Origin: Okamejei kenojei
Taxonomy: Eukaryota
Length of the DNA stretch: 64,000 nucleotides
Direction: 5' to 3'
NCBI GenBank assembly: GCA_035221665.1
Contig: CM069162.1
Coordinates: 24,490,001-24,554,000, forward strand
Positions 62,301 through 64,000 of this stretch are shown here, one piece after another. The notes beneath the pieces were generated by a model, which saw nothing but the letters and a program-made list of their open reading frames with translations, was not told where the DNA came from and ran no database searches. Positions within the stretch are counted from its first letter, which is position 1, and every line of letters starts with the position of its first letter. The position numbers were made by a program, and so were the translations under genes.

Positions 62301-64000
62301 ATCTCCAGTTGGAGGGACATTACAAATGTTTTATGATGAATGGCTTGCCATCACATCTGATCGGTTTATTTTACAAACAGTTTCAGGAGCTACTATTACA
62401 TTCAAAGAAGGTGTTAATTCTCTGGTACAAAATAAACCTGCTTATGGTTTTATGTTTTCTGCAATTGAAGAGGCAGAAATTAATGTGGAAATTGACAAAT
62501 TGTTTAAAAAAGGTGTTATTGAAAAAAACTGTTGAACATAAACATCAATTTGTGTCAAATATATTTCCAAGAAGTAAAAAAGATGGTGGTTGCTGAATTA
62601 TTCTGGACCTTACAAACTTTAATAAAATTGTCGAGTATAAATATTTTAAGATGGAAACATTCAACACTGCAAGACATTTGATATCAGCAGGTTGTTATGT
62701 GGCTGCAATTGATTTAAAGGATGCGTACTATTCAGTACCAATACATCAGTTCTTTCGAAGGTATTTAAGATTTAATTGGCTGGGACAGCTGTGGCAATTC
62801 AAAGCCAAATGGGTTAAGTTCAGCTCCCAGGCTCTTTACAAAGCTGTTGAAACCAGCTTTATCACAATTAAGAGCACAATAGCACATCGTTATGGCTTAT
62901 CTGAATGACATTTTAATCATCAATAGTAATCAGGAATCAGCTGAAAAATCAGTTTCAGCAACTATAACTTTATTTGAGAAGTTAGGTTTCTTGATTCATC
63001 CAATTAAGTCCCAGCTGCAGCCAGCACAGTCAATTAACTATTTGGGGTTTGTGATTAATTCAGTTACTATGTTAGTAACTTTGCCAACAGATAAGATTGA
63101 TGATATTTTAATGACCTGTAGGGGTCTCATTCACAAACCTTATCCCTCCATCCGAGAAGTAGCAAAGGTTATTGGTAAATTAGTGGCAGCATTTCCTGCA
63201 GTAGAATTTGATCCATTACATTACCAAAACCTTCAAAGGGACAAAATAAGAGCTCTAAAAAAAGAGAGCAGGCCATTTTGATAGGCCTATGCAATTAACA
63301 AAAGAAGCTTTATTGGAATTACAATGGTGGATTGAAAATGTCCCACAAGCTGCTAAAAACATTCTGATACAACAGCCTGAAGTAATTTTACAAACAGATG
63401 CTAGTGCTCTTGGATGGGGGGCGACAGATTAATTTACCAGCTGTGGGGGCAGATGGACTGTCCAAGAGGAAATGTATCTCCAAACATATGGTATTAACTA
63501 TTTAGAATTATTGGGAGCATTTTATGGGTTGAAAGCCTATTGTTCTACAAAAAATAATCTGCATGTATTGCTACAATTAGACAATAAATCAGCTGTTGCA
63601 TATATTAATCACATGGGTGGAGTCAGATCGGTATCATGTGATTGTTTGGTCAATCAGATATGGCAGTGGTGTATTAAGCACCAAATTTGGAGTTCGGCAA
63701 ATTACATCCAGGTAAAGACAATGTGGTGGCAGACAATAGATCAAGGATGTTTAAAGACAACACAGAATGGATGTTGAACCCAGTAATTTGCAGTAAAATT
63801 GTGATTCAATATGGATTACCAGACATTGATCTGTTTGCATCAAGACTAAATCATCAATTGCCTAAATATGTGTCTTGGGAACCAGATCCAGATGCAGTAG
63901 CAGTAGATGCCTTTTCACTACACTGGGGGAATATGTTTTTTTATGCCTTTCCGCCATTTGCTCTGGTTCAGCAATGTCTGAAGAAAATAGAACAAGATTC
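62301..64000 (+). pseudogene. DIRS pol: reverse transcriptase, RNase H and adenine-methyltransferase-like domain, with several stops and frameshifts
   Basis: RT: FVSNIFPRSKKDGG, IDLKDAYYSVPI, AYLNDIL (YLDD mutated). RNase H: QTDASALGWGA, INYLELLGA, DNKSAVAYINHMGG, NVVAD. MT-like: IDLFASRLNHQLPKYVSW...DAF...YAFPPF. Confidence 0.92.

Larger units (their letters stand above)
60785..64000 (+). mobile_element. DIRS-order (tyrosine-recombinase) retrotransposon, 5' ~3.2 kb, continuing beyond the window
   Basis: Order gag-like, RT, RNase H, methyltransferase-like domain is characteristic of DIRS. The CpG-rich leader starts TTTTACTTCGGAATCACGTG. The recombinase itself is not in the window and the left boundary is inferred. 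Confidence 0.9.

Overview
Repeat-rich vertebrate genomic DNA, most likely a cartilaginous fish (skate or ray), inferred from the HE1-type SINEs, CR1, Rex1 and Penelope repeats. It is not prokaryotic and has no CRISPR array. The only host gene I can support is the 5' end of CAMTA1 on the minus strand: a CpG-island promoter (~40.2-40.6 kb), a first coding exon (40154-40178, MAAEKKPE) and a 119-bp exon (5479-5597, DDHGNSNGSHVKIFLPKKLLECLPKCSALPKERHRWNTNE). Most other recognisable sequence is transposable element. This includes many CR1 fragments (one young, with an unbroken 290-aa ORF), Rex1-, L2- and Tx1-like pieces, tRNA-derived SINEs, non-autonomous Helitrons and hAT/Harbinger MITEs. A full-length dead IR/DR Tc1 carries a polyadenylated retro-insertion in one TIR. 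About 15 Penelope-derived fold-back repeats carry minimal hammerhead-ribozyme motifs. A DIRS-type retrotransposon (gag, RT, RNase H, methyltransferase-like domain) runs off the right edge. There are two assembly gaps (540-752, 35879-36070). I found no clearly new multi-gene system. The best leads are the hammerhead-bearing fold-backs, the CAMTA1 start-codon architecture, the retro-insert, cargo-swapping MITEs/Helitrons and the DIRS organisation. All family calls are by eye and from memory with no database search, and the boundaries of old repeats are approximate.
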